Shown in pieces: positions 17,053 to 28,329 of a stretch of DNA of 32,000 bases. Origin of the DNA: Sinorhizobium meliloti. Its GTDB lineage: Bacteria; Pseudomonadota; Alphaproteobacteria; Rhizobiales; Rhizobiaceae. Every line of letters begins with the position of its first letter. Within the stretch, counting starts at the first letter, position 1. The translations under genes were made by a program, and so were the position numbers. The notes beneath the pieces were generated by a model. It did not search any database. It worked only from the letters and a program-made list of their open reading frames with translations, and was not told the origin of the DNA. Location: assembly GCF_017876815.1 (NCBI RefSeq), contig NZ_JAGIOS010000001.1:1590001-1622000 (forward strand), read 5' to 3'.

Positions 17053-18207
17053 GTGCTCAATCCTGACGACAGCATTCTTCACAAGCTCGAGGCGCTCGTT
17101 GCCGCCGGCGAACGGCAGCGTGACCCCGCTCAATTCGCAATCGCAAGAAGGCTCGACAGCCTGACGGCAAATCTCCTGGCAAGCCGCCCCTCGCGCAAGA
17201 CCAATGCGCTCGGCTGGCTCTTTGCGGCGCGCAAGAAGGACCAGCCGCCGGTCAAGGGCCTCTATATCCACGGCGGCGTCGGGCGCGGCAAGACCATGCT
17301 GATGGACATGTTCTTCGATGCGGTGCCGATCCAGCGCAAGCGCCGCGCCCATTTCCACGAATTCATGGCCGATGTGCATGAGCGCATCTACAGGCACCGG
17401 CAGAAGCTCAAGAACGGCGAGACGAAGCAGGCCGATCCGATCCCGCCCGTCGCTTCCGATCTCTTCGGCGAAGCGCGGCTTCTGTGTTTCGACGAGTTCA
17501 CCGTCACCGACATTGCCGATGCGATGATCCTGGCGCGGCTCTTCGGCGAACTGTTCGCCAAGGGCTGCGTGCTTGTCGCGACCTCAAACGTCGAGCCGGA
17601 CAATCTCTATCGCGACGGCCTCAATCGCGGTCTCTTCCTGCCGTTCATCGATCTCCTGAAGGCGAATGCCGAGATAATCTCGCTCGATACGGAAACGGAT
17701 TATCGCCTGGGCAAGACCGATGGCGCGCCCGTGTGGCTGTCGCCGCTCGGGCCCGAAACGGAAGCCGCCATGGATCGTGCCTGGTATCGGGAGACGAGCG
17801 GAGCGCCGGCCGCCTCGGCCGAGATCGGCCGCAAGGGGCGGACGATCCGCGTGCCGGCGGCGGCCGGCCGGGCCGCGCGGTTCACCTTTGCCGACCTGTG
17901 CGCGCAGCCGCTCGGTGCCGCCGACTATCTTGCGATCGTCGCGCAGTACAGCACCATCTTCCTCGACCATGTTCCGCATCTCGGGCCGCACCTGCGCAAC
18001 GAGACGAAGCGCTTCATCATTCTTGTCGATGCCCTCTACGACCAGGGCGCCCGCCTGTTCGCCTCGGCTGCCGCGCAACCGCAGCATCTGCTGACCGCCA
18101 GGAAGGGCACCGAAGGCTTCGAATTCGACCGTACGGTTTCGCGTCTGATCGAGATGCAAAGCCAGGAATATGCCGCGGCTCACCCGCAAAATTCAGCGGC
18201 GGAATGA
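17053..18207 (+). CDS. zapE: cell division protein ZapE (AFG1-like ATPase)
   Basis: Walker A GGVGRGKTMLMD, Walker B LLCFDEF, AFG1-family length, GTG start. Confidence 0.9.
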   Translation: MLNPDDSILHKLEALVAAGERQRDPAQFAIARRLDSLTANLLASRPSRKTNALGWLFAARKKDQPPVKGLYIHGGVGRGKTMLMDMFFDAVPIQRKRRAHFHEFMADVHERIYRHRQKLKNGETKQADPIPPVASDLFGEARLLCFDEFTVTDIADAMILARLFGELFAKGCVLVATSNVEPDNLYRDGLNRGLFLPFIDLLKANAEIISLDTETDYRLGKTDGAPVWLSPLGPETEAAMDRAWYRETSGAPAASAEIGRKGRTIRVPAAAGRAARFTFADLCAQPLGAADYLAIVAQYSTIFLDHVPHLGPHLRNETKRFIILVDALYDQGARLFASAAAQPQHLLTARKGTEGFEFDRTVSRLIEMQSQEYAAAHPQNSAAE

Positions 18208-18224
18208 CGGTCCGGCGACATCAG

Positions 18225-18248
18225 TTCTTACGTTTACGTAAGAATTTT
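18225..18248 (+). terminator. AT-rich perfect palindrome plus T-run after zapE (terminator and/or operator upstream of mdh)
   Basis: TTCTTACGT-tt-ACGTAAGAA is followed by TTTT, 18 nt after the zapE stop. Confidence 0.55.
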
Positions 18249-18359
18249 ACGATCTAACCGATTGAAATTGCTCTGCCAAAAAGTATCGATTGATATTTTT
18301 CCCTTTGCCGTTTAAGGGCTTTCGCGAAGGTTTGGCGTTTGCCGCGTTTCAGGCCTTGA

Positions 18360-19352
<993 letters not shown>

Positions 19353-19385
19353 CCGCCATCCGGCCTATCAGACAGGAAAGAACCC

Positions 19386-20582
19386 ATGAACATCCATGAA
19401 TACCAGGCCAAGGCTCTGTTGAAGAGCTATGGCGCGCCGGTCGCGGAAGGCGTCGCGATCTTCTCCGCCGACGAGGCCGAGGCGGCCGCGAAGAAGCTGC
19501 CGGGGCCGCTTTACGTGGTGAAGAGCCAGATCCACGCCGGCGGCCGCGGCAAGGGCAAGTTCAAGGAACTCGGCCCCGATGCGAAGGGCGGCGTGCGCCT
19601 GGCCAAGTCGGTGGACGAGGTCGTCGCCAATGCCAAGGACATGCTCGGCAACACGCTGGTGACCAAGCAGACCGGTCCGGCCGGCAAGCAGGTCAACCGC
19701 CTCTATATCGAGGACGGCGCCGATATCGACCGCGAGCTCTATCTCTCGATCCTCGTCGATCGCTCCGTCGGCCAGGTGGCCTTCGTCGTTTCGACCGAGG
19801 GCGGCATGGATATCGAAGCGGTCGCCGAACATACGCCGGAGAAGATCGTCACCGTTGCGATCGATCCGGAAAAGGGTGTGACCGCAGAGAATCTGAAGAC
19901 GCTGGCCGACGCGCTGAAGCTCGAAGGCGAAGCGCGTGCCGACGCCGAGAAGCTCTTCCCGATCCTCTACAAGGCATTCGTCGAAAAGGACATGAGCCTG
20001 CTCGAGGTCAATCCGCTGATCGTCATGACGAACGGCCGGATGCGCGTCCTCGACGCCAAGGTCTCCTTCGACGGCAATGCGCTCTTCCGCCATGAGGACG
20101 TGGTCGCGCTGCGCGACACGACGGAAGAGGACGACAAGGAAATCGAGGCGTCGAAATACGACCTCGCCTATGTCGCCCTGGACGGCAATATCGGCTGTAT
20201 GGTCAACGGCGCCGGTCTTGCCATGGCGACGATGGACATCATCAAGCTCTACGGCGCCGAGCCCGCGAACTTCCTCGATGTCGGCGGCGGCGCCTCGAAG
20301 GAAAAGGTCACCCAGGCCTTCAAGATCATCACGGCCGATCCGGCGGTGAAGGGCATCCTCGTCAACATCTTCGGCGGCATCATGAAATGCGATGTCATCG
20401 CCGAGGGCGTGCTCGCAGCGGTCAAGGAAGTCGGCCTCAAGGTGCCGCTCGTCGTGCGCCTGGAAGGCACCAATGTCGAGCTCGGCAAGAAGATCATCAA
20501 TGAATCGGGCCTCAACGTGATTTCCGCCGATGATCTGGACGACGCCGCCCAGAAGATCGTTGCAGCCGTGAAGGGAGCCTGA
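19386..20582 (+). CDS. sucC: succinyl-CoA synthetase (ADP-forming) beta subunit
   Basis: [13 protein letters not shown]-terminus and ATP-grasp body, 398 aa. Confidence 0.97.
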   Translation: MNIHEYQAKALLKSYGAPVAEGVAIFSADEAEAAAKKLPGPLYVVKSQIHAGGRGKGKFKELGPDAKGGVRLAKSVDEVVANAKDMLGNTLVTKQTGPAGKQVNRLYIEDGADIDRELYLSILVDRSVGQVAFVVSTEGGMDIEAVAEHTPEKIVTVAIDPEKGVTAENLKTLADALKLEGEARADAEKLFPILYKAFVEKDMSLLEVNPLIVMTNGRMRVLDAKVSFDGNALFRHEDVVALRDTTEEDDKEIEASKYDLAYVALDGNIGCMVNGAGLAMATMDIIKLYGAEPANFLDVGGGASKEKVTQAFKIITADPAVKGILVNIFGGIMKCDVIAEGVLAAVKEVGLKVPLVVRLEGTNVELGKKIINESGLNVISADDLDDAAQKIVAAVKGA

Positions 20583-20588
20583 GGTTTC

Positions 20589-21491
20589 ATGTCCATCCTG
20601 ATCAACAAAGACACCAAGGTTCTCGTTCAGGGCCTGACCGGCAAGACCGGTACCTTCCACACCGAGCAGGCACTCGCCTATAACGGCACCAAGATGGTCG
20701 GCGGCATCCACCCGAAGAAGGGCGGCGAGACCTGGACCGGCGCCAAGGGCGAGCAACTGCCGATCTTCGCTACCGTTGCCGAAGGGCGCGACGCGACCGG
20801 CGCCAACGCTTCCGTGATCTATGTCCCGCCGGCCGGTGCCGCCGCGGCGATCATCGAGGCCATCGACGCCGAAATCCCGCTCATCGTCTGCATCACCGAG
20901 GGCATTCCCGTTGCCGATATGGTGAAGGTCAAGGCCCGGCTCGAAAAGTCCTCTTCGCGCCTCATCGGCCCGAACTGCCCGGGCGTGCTGACGCCCGACG
21001 AATGCAAGATCGGCATCATGCCGGGCAACATCTTCCGCAAGGGCTCGGTCGGCGTGCTTTCGCGCTCCGGCACGCTGACCTACGAGGCGGTGTTCCAGAC
21101 GACCAATGAAGGCCTCGGCCAGACGACGGCAGTCGGCATCGGCGGCGACCCGGTCAAGGGCACCGAGTTCATCGACGTGCTGGAAATGTTCCTCGCAGAC
21201 GACGAGACCAAGTCGATCATCATGATCGGCGAGATCGGCGGCTCGGCCGAAGAGGAAGCGGCGCAGTTCCTGAAAGACGAGGCAAAGCGCGGCCGCAAGA
21301 AGCCGATGGTCGGCTTCATCGCGGGCCGTACCGCGCCTCCCGGCCGCACCATGGGCCATGCCGGCGCCGTCATCTCCGGCGGCAAGGGCGGTGCGGAAGA
21401 CAAGATCGCGGCTATGGAATCGGCCGGGATCCGCGTCTCGCCTTCGCCCGCACGCCTCGGCAAGACGCTGGTCGAAGTCCTGAAGGGCTGA
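20589..21491 (+). CDS. sucD: succinyl-CoA synthetase alpha subunit
   Basis: [14 protein letters not shown] CoA-binding motif and phosphohistidine loop [11 protein letters not shown], 300 aa. Confidence 0.97.
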   Translation: MSILINKDTKVLVQGLTGKTGTFHTEQALAYNGTKMVGGIHPKKGGETWTGAKGEQLPIFATVAEGRDATGANASVIYVPPAGAAAAIIEAIDAEIPLIVCITEGIPVADMVKVKARLEKSSSRLIGPNCPGVLTPDECKIGIMPGNIFRKGSVGVLSRSGTLTYEAVFQTTNEGLGQTTAVGIGGDPVKGTEFIDVLEMFLADDETKSIIMIGEIGGSAEEEAAQFLKDEAKRGRKKPMVGFIAGRTAPPGRTMGHAGAVISGGKGGAEDKIAAMESAGIRVSPSPARLGKTLVEVLKG

Positions 21492-21556
21492 CGAACGATC
21501 CTGCGGCGCCCGCGCGTCCTGTCGGACGCATAAAGGTCGCCGTGGCACTTTGCAGC

Positions 21557-21579
21557 GGGGCGGCAGACCATGCCGCCCC
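21557..21579 (+). other. GC hairpin in the sucD-sucA spacer
   Basis: GGGGCGGCA-gacca-TGCCGCCCC is a 9-bp perfect stem with no U-tract (followed by ATTGGAGCC). Confidence 0.5.
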
Positions 21580-21771
21580 ATTGGAGCCACGAAAGATACG
21601 ATGATGAGCGTCAAGTCCGGTGCAGATGGCGAACAGCCGGAACCGGGCCGACGCAGCCGGAGCGACGCGCCTGACCGTTGAAAGGCGCCGATCCGGCAGA
21701 AGGCAAACATGACCGGGACAACCCGGCACACCAACTTAAGTCAGGAGGCGGGCTGAAGTCCGCGATAGACC

Positions 21772-24768
21772 ATGACAAGGCAAGAGGCCAACGAGCAATT
21801 CCAGCTCACATCCTTTCTGGACGGCGCCAATGCCGCCTATATCGAGCAGCTCCATGCGCGCTACGAAGCGGACCCCTCATCCGTTTCGGCCGAGTGGCAG
21901 TCCTTCTTCAAGGCGCTTGCCGACCGGCCCGAAGATGTGGTGAGGGCGGCCAAGGGCGCCTCCTGGAAGAAGCAGAACTGGCCGATTCCCGCCAATGGCG
22001 AACTCGTCTCGGCCCTCGACGGCGACTGGGGCACGGTCGAAAAGGTCATCGAAAAGAAGGTGAAGGCGAAGGCAGAGGAAGCCGCAGCCGTTGCCGGCGT
22101 GGCGCTCAGCGAGGCCGAGGTGCATCAGTCGACGCGCGATTCCGTCCGCGCCATCATGATGATCCGCGCCTATCGCATGCGCGGCCACCTGCACGCCAAG
22201 CTCGACCCGCTCGGCCTTGCCGATCCGGTCGAGGATTACGACGAACTCTCCCCGAAGACCTACGGCTTCGAAGAGAAGGACTACGACCGCAAGATCTTCA
22301 TAGACAACGTGCTCGGCCTCGAATATGCGACCGTGCGCGAGATGGTCGAGATCCTCGAACGGACCTATTGTTCGACGATCGGCGTCGAATTCATGCATAT
22401 GTCCAACCCGGAAGAGAAGGGCTGGATACAGGAACGCATCGAAGGGCCGGACAAGGGCGTCGAATTCACCCCCGAGGGCAAGAAGGCGATCCTGCAGAAG
22501 CTCATCGAGGCGGAAGGCTTCGAGCAGTTCATCGACGTCAAGTACAAGGGCACCAAGCGCTTCGGCGTCGACGGCGGCGAATCGCTGATCCCGGCGCTCG
22601 AGCAGATCATCAAGCGCGGCGGCCAGCTCGGCCTCAAGGAGATCGTGCTGGGCATGGCGCATCGCGGCCGCCTCAACGTTCTCTCGCAGGTGATGGCCAA
22701 GCCGCACCGCGCCATCTTCCACGAGTTCAAGGGCGGCTCCTACACGCCCGATGACGTGGAAGGCTCCGGCGACGTCAAGTATCACCTGGGCGCTTCCTCG
22801 GACCGCGAGTTCGACGGCAACAAGGTCCACCTGTCGCTGACGGCAAACCCGTCGCATCTCGAGATCGTCAATCCGGTCGTCATGGGCAAGGCGCGCGCCA
22901 AGCAGGACCAGATGGCGACCGTATTCGAAGGCGACATCATTCCGCTGCGCGAACGCGTCAAGGTCATGCCGTTGATCCTGCACGGCGACGCGGCATTTGC
23001 CGGCCAGGGCGTGGTCGCCGAAATTCTCGGCCTCTCCGGCCTGCGCGGGCATCGTGTCGGCGGCACGGTGCACTTCATCATCAACAACCAGATCGGTTTC
23101 ACCACGAACCCGGCCTTCTCGCGTTCCTCGCCCTATCCGTCGGACGTGGCGAAGATGATCGAGGCGCCGATCTTCCACGTGAACGGTGACGATCCGGAAG
23201 CGGTCGTCTATGCGGCCAAGGTCGCGACCGAATTCCGGATGAAGTTCCACAAGCCGGTGGTCATCGACATGTTCTGCTACCGCCGCTTCGGTCACAACGA
23301 GGGCGACGAGCCGGCGTTCACGCAGCCGAAGATGTACAAGGCGATCCGTGCGCACAAGACCGTCGTCCAGCTCTATTCGGACCGGCTGATCGCCGAGGGC
23401 CTGATCAGCGAAGGCGAAGTCGAGAAGATGAAGGCCGATTGGCGCGCCCATCTCGAACAGGAATTCGAGGCGGGTCAGTCCTACAAGCCGAACAAGGCCG
23501 ACTGGCTCGACGGCGCCTGGTCGGGCCTGCGCACGGCCGACAACCAGGATGAGCAGCGCCGCGGGCGGACCTCGGTGCCGATGAAGCAGTTGAAGGAGGT
23601 CGGCCGCAAGTTGTCCGAAATTCCGGCCGGCTTCAGCGCGCACCGCACCATCCAGCGCTTCATGGAAAACCGCGCCAATATGATCCAGACCGGCGAGGGC
23701 ATCGACTGGGCGATGGCGGAAGCGCTCGCCTTCGGTACGCTCGTCACCGAGGGCACCAAGATCCGCCTCTCCGGTCAGGATTGCGAGCGCGGCACCTTCT
23801 CGCAGCGCCATTCGGTTCTCTACGATCAGGAGACCGAAGAGCGATACATTCCGCTCGCCAACCTGTCGCCGACCCAGGCACGCTACGAGGTCATCAATTC
23901 GATGCTCTCGGAAGAGGCGGTGCTCGGCTTCGAATACGGCTATTCGCTCGCCCGCCCGAACGCCCTGACGCTCTGGGAAGCCCAGTTCGGCGACTTCGCC
24001 AACGGCGCGCAGGTGGTCTTCGACCAGTTCATCTCGTCGGGCGAGCGCAAGTGGCTGCGCATGTCGGGCCTCGTCTGCCTGCTGCCGCACGGCTACGAGG
24101 GCCAGGGGCCGGAGCATTCCTCCGCCCGGCTGGAACGCTTCCTGCAGCTTTGCGCGGAAGACAACATGCAGGTCGCCAACGTCACGACCCCGGCGAACTA
24201 TTTCCACATCCTGCGCCGTCAGGTGAAGCGCGATTTCCGCAAGCCGCTGATCCTGATGACGCCGAAGTCGCTGCTGCGTCACAAGCGGGCGGTCTCGAGC
24301 CTGTCGGAAATGGCCGGCGAGAGCTCCTTCCATCGTCTCCTCTGGGACGATGCCGAGGTTATCAAGGACGGTCCGATCAAGCTGCAGAAGGATTCGAAGA
24401 TCCGTCGCGTCGTCATGTGCTCGGGCAAGGTCTATTACGACCTTCTGGAGGAGCGCGAGAAGCGCGGCATCGACGACATCTACCTGCTGCGCGTTGAACA
24501 GCTCTATCCGTTCCCGGCCAAGGCGCTCATCAACGAGCTCAGCCGCTTCCGCAACGCGGAGATGGTCTGGTGCCAGGAAGAGCCGAAGAACATGGGCGCC
24601 TGGTCGTTCATCGATCCCTATCTGGAGTGGGTTCTTGCCCATATCGATGCCAAGTACCAGCGGGTGCGCTATACCGGCCGTCCGGCCGCCGCTTCCCCGG
24701 CGACGGGCCTGATGTCCAAGCATCTGGCACAGCTTGCCGCCTTCCTCGAGGATGCGCTGGGGGGCTGA
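21772..24768 (+). CDS. sucA: 2-oxoglutarate dehydrogenase E1 component
   Basis: 998 aa. N-terminus TSFLDGANAAYIEQLHARYEADPSSV, with TPP-binding and transketolase-like regions throughout. Confidence 0.97.
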   Translation: MTRQEANEQFQLTSFLDGANAAYIEQLHARYEADPSSVSAEWQSFFKALADRPEDVVRAAKGASWKKQNWPIPANGELVSALDGDWGTVEKVIEKKVKAKAEEAAAVAGVALSEAEVHQSTRDSVRAIMMIRAYRMRGHLHAKLDPLGLADPVEDYDELSPKTYGFEEKDYDRKIFIDNVLGLEYATVREMVEILERTYCSTIGVEFMHMSNPEEKGWIQERIEGPDKGVEFTPEGKKAILQKLIEAEGFEQFIDVKYKGTKRFGVDGGESLIPALEQIIKRGGQLGLKEIVLGMAHRGRLNVLSQVMAKPHRAIFHEFKGGSYTPDDVEGSGDVKYHLGASSDREFDGNKVHLSLTANPSHLEIVNPVVMGKARAKQDQMATVFEGDIIPLRERVKVMPLILHGDAAFAGQGVVAEILGLSGLRGHRVGGTVHFIINNQIGFTTNPAFSRSSPYPSDVAKMIEAPIFHVNGDDPEAVVYAAKVATEFRMKFHKPVVIDMFCYRRFGHNEGDEPAFTQPKMYKAIRAHKTVVQLYSDRLIAEGLISEGEVEKMKADWRAHLEQEFEAGQSYKPNKADWLDGAWSGLRTADNQDEQRRGRTSVPMKQLKEVGRKLSEIPAGFSAHRTIQRFMENRANMIQTGEGIDWAMAEALAFGTLVTEGTKIRLSGQDCERGTFSQRHSVLYDQETEERYIPLANLSPTQARYEVINSMLSEEAVLGFEYGYSLARPNALTLWEAQFGDFANGAQVVFDQFISSGERKWLRMSGLVCLLPHGYEGQGPEHSSARLERFLQLCAEDNMQVANVTTPANYFHILRRQVKRDFRKPLILMTPKSLLRHKRAVSSLSEMAGESSFHRLLWDDAEVIKDGPIKLQKDSKIRRVVMCSGKVYYDLLEEREKRGIDDIYLLRVEQLYPFPAKALINELSRFRNAEMVWCQEEPKNMGAWSFIDPYLEWVLAHIDAKYQRVRYTGRPAAASPATGLMSKHLAQLAAFLEDALGG

Positions 24769-24794
24769 CGAAGCCCCTCACGGTCTGCCGATCG

Positions 24795-24862
24795 CTGGAG
24801 CACTTCCAGGAAAGTGCGTAGCGGTTTTCCGTCCGGGAGCGCGTAACTCAAAGAGCTAGAAA
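24795..24862 (+). repeat. Palindromic intergenic element, copy c (between sucA and sucB)
   Basis: GGAGCACTTCCAGGAAAGTGCGTAGCGGTTTTCCGTCCGGGAGCGCGTAACTCAAAGAG aligns over about 70 nt with the reverse complement of 31060-31140. Confidence 0.8.
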
Positions 24863-24890
24863 CAGAAATCTGATCAACGGAACAAAACTC

Positions 24891-26144
<1,254 letters not shown>

Positions 26145-26151
26145 ATCACGG

Positions 26152-26230
26152 TGATTTTAGGTCGGGTCGACTCAAAGTCATGAGACGCGGGATGCGGGCG
26201 GAAAACCGCACACGCTTTTCCTCATCCCGC
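26152..26230 (+). repeat. Bipartite palindromic intergenic element, copy b
   Basis: Imperfect hairpin TGATTTTAGGTCG...CGACTCAAAGTCA (26152-26180), then hairpin 26187-26230. The second hairpin has outer stem GCGGGATG/CATCCCGC and inner stem GGAAAA/TTTTCC. The element starts 8 nt after the sucB stop. Confidence 0.8.
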
Positions 26231-26399
26231 TCCAGGGAATGGCGGGGGCCGCGTGCCCCCGTTTCCATCTCCACCGATGCCCGTGCCGGGACGCGCGTCT
26301 GACGGGCATCGACAGCCACGGAACCAGAGGTTAGGTTTCGGGGGCACGCTATGCGCGCATCCCGGACAGTTTGGGCATCGTAAGCACCGGTCGCAAAAC

Positions 26400-27044
26400 A
26401 TGATGAGCTATCTGATCGAACTCGCTTCGCTAATGGCGATCTTCACCTTCGCCATCGTTTCGCCCGGCGCCGACCTCGCCATGGTGCTGCGCCAATCGCT
26501 GGTGCACGGCCGCCGCGCGGCGGTCATCACCTCCTTCGGCATCGGCGCGTCGCTGATGTTCCACGTGACCTACACCATTCTCGGCCTCGGGCTGATCATC
26601 TCGCAGTCGATCTACCTCTTCAACATCGTCAAATGGTGCGGCGTCGCCTACCTGATCTACATCGGCATCAAGGCCCTTCGCGCCGGCCAGACGGAGATCG
26701 CGGTCGAAGAAGCGGCCGAGTCCGGCGAAGCCCGCCGGCAGCAGTCGGCGCTGAAGGCCTTCGGGCTCGGCTTTGCCGCCAACGCGCTCAATCCCAAGGC
26801 GGTCTTCTTCTTCCTGTCGATCTTTTCGACGGTCGTCAGCGCCCATACGCCGATGACGGTCAAATTCGGCTATGGCTTCGTCATGGCGAGCGCGCTGATC
26901 CTTTGGTTCGTCGGGGTCAGCCTGTTCATGACGACGCCGCGGATGCGGGCGGCCTTCACACGTGCGAGCAAATGGATCGACCGGGCGAGCGGCATGGTCT
27001 TCATCGCGCTCGGACTGAAGCTGGCGACGGAAAAGGCCGCGTGA
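26400..27044 (+). CDS. LysE/RhtB-family amino-acid exporter
   Basis: 214 aa from ATG 26400: MMSYLIELASLMAIFTFAIVSPGADLAMVL...LNPKAVFFFLSIF, multi-TM, LysE-family pattern. The longer 26253 start adds a Pro/Arg-rich non-membrane extension. Confidence 0.88.
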   Translation: MMSYLIELASLMAIFTFAIVSPGADLAMVLRQSLVHGRRAAVITSFGIGASLMFHVTYTILGLGLIISQSIYLFNIVKWCGVAYLIYIGIKALRAGQTEIAVEEAAESGEARRQQSALKAFGLGFAANALNPKAVFFFLSIFSTVVSAHTPMTVKFGYGFVMASALILWFVGVSLFMTTPRMRAAFTRASKWIDRASGMVFIALGLKLATEKAA

Positions 27045-27544
27045 TGATCTGCGGCCGCAACGTTCTTTTCGCTTCGCTTATGCTTTCGGCAGCACCGGCG
27101 CTTGCGGACGAGTGCACCCAGGCGCAGGCGGTCTATGCCGATCCGGCCGGAACCTATGAGCTGCACTTCGAGCCCGTCGGATCGGAGGCGGCAGTCACCA
27201 GCAATCACTTCAAGGTCAGGATCGGGGACACCGGGGTTTTGCTCGATGGCGTCGTGATGCAGTCGGGCGAACCACTGCGGGCGAACGGGATCGTCATGAA
27301 CGATTGCCCGACCGGCGACGTGACCGGCGCGGAACTCGAGGCCTGCACCGTCTGGCAGGGCCCGATCTATGCGGTCGACAAGGCCGGCCAGATCGGACTG
27401 CTTCAGCCGGAGGACGCGCCCGCAGCCGATCGGATCCTGCTTCCGGATTTCGGACCGTCGCTGCGCGAATCGAGCGCCTGGGGCGAAGGCAAGGGTACCA
27501 CCGACAGTTCCGATGTCTTCCAGTTCAAGGGGTGTGGATCATGA
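27044..27544 (+). CDS. secreted hypothetical protein, four Cys
   Basis: Signal peptide MICGRNVLFASLMLSAAPALA/DE. The start overlaps the lysE stop (TGATG) and the stop overlaps the SDR start (ATGA). I recognise no family. Confidence 0.65.
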   Translation: MICGRNVLFASLMLSAAPALADECTQAQAVYADPAGTYELHFEPVGSEAAVTSNHFKVRIGDTGVLLDGVVMQSGEPLRANGIVMNDCPTGDVTGAELEACTVWQGPIYAVDKAGQIGLLQPEDAPAADRILLPDFGPSLRESSAWGEGKGTTDSSDVFQFKGCGS

Positions 27545-28293
27545 GCGACGGACCCGTGCTTCTCGTCACCGGGGGCAGCCGCGGCATCGGCGCCGCGGTC
27601 GCGCTTGCCGCGGCCAGCGAAGGCTGGAGGGTCGCCGTCAACTATGCGTCCAATCGCGATGCGGCCGAGGACGTGGTCCGCCGCATCGCGGAAGCCGGCG
27701 GCACGGCCGTTTCCGTCGAGGGCAACGTGGGCAGGGAAGAGGGCGTGAGGGCGATCTTTGCCGCTGTCGACACCGCCTTCGGCCGTCTCGACGGCCTCGT
27801 CAACAATGCCGGGATCATCGGTCCGCCGCAGCGCGTAGACGAGGTTTCGCCCGAGCGGATCGAGCAGTTGTTCCGCGTCAACGTGACGGGCTCCATCCGT
27901 TGCGCCGCCGAGGCGGTGCTGCGAATGTCGGCGCGCCACGGCGGGCGGGGCGGTTCGATCGTCAATCTCTCCTCCATCGCCGCCGTGCTCGGTGCGCCCG
28001 GGCAATATGTCGACTACGCCGCCACGAAGGGCGCGATCGACAGCTTCACGGTCGGACTGGCGCGTGAAGTCGCCACCGAGGGCATACGCGTGAACGCGGT
28101 CAGGCCCGGCATCATCGATACGGAAATTCATGCCTCCGGCGGGCTGCCCGACCGCGCCCGCGACCTCGCACCCACGATCCCGATTCAGCGGCCCGGAACG
28201 GCCGGTGAGGTTGCCGATGCAATTCTCTATCTCCTGTCCGACAAGGCGACTTACGTGACGGGAACCATTCTCACCGTCAGCGGCGGGCGGTAG
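27541..28293 (+). CDS. SDR-family oxidoreductase
   Basis: TGGSRGIG cofactor motif, NNAG, and a catalytic YAATK (YxxxK), 250 aa. Confidence 0.92.
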   Translation: MSDGPVLLVTGGSRGIGAAVALAAASEGWRVAVNYASNRDAAEDVVRRIAEAGGTAVSVEGNVGREEGVRAIFAAVDTAFGRLDGLVNNAGIIGPPQRVDEVSPERIEQLFRVNVTGSIRCAAEAVLRMSARHGGRGGSIVNLSSIAAVLGAPGQYVDYAATKGAIDSFTVGLAREVATEGIRVNAVRPGIIDTEIHASGGLPDRARDLAPTIPIQRPGTAGEVADAILYLLSDKATYVTGTILTVSGGR

Positions 28294-28329
28294 CCCTCCC
28301 AAGACTGTCCTCCCAAGAAGGATTATCAA

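Noticed and set aside
26253-27544. Long ORF versions 26253..27044 (263 aa) and 26633..27544 (303 aa).
   Set aside because: The N-terminal extensions are Pro/Arg-rich and non-homologous. Internal starts at 26400 (lysE) and 27044 (signal-peptide protein) give proteins with sensible topology and coupled junctions.
28297-28320. 10-bp direct repeat CCTCCCAAGA x2 just upstream of lpdA.
   Set aside because: It is very short, overlaps the probable SD region (AAGAAGGA), and is plausibly coincidental.
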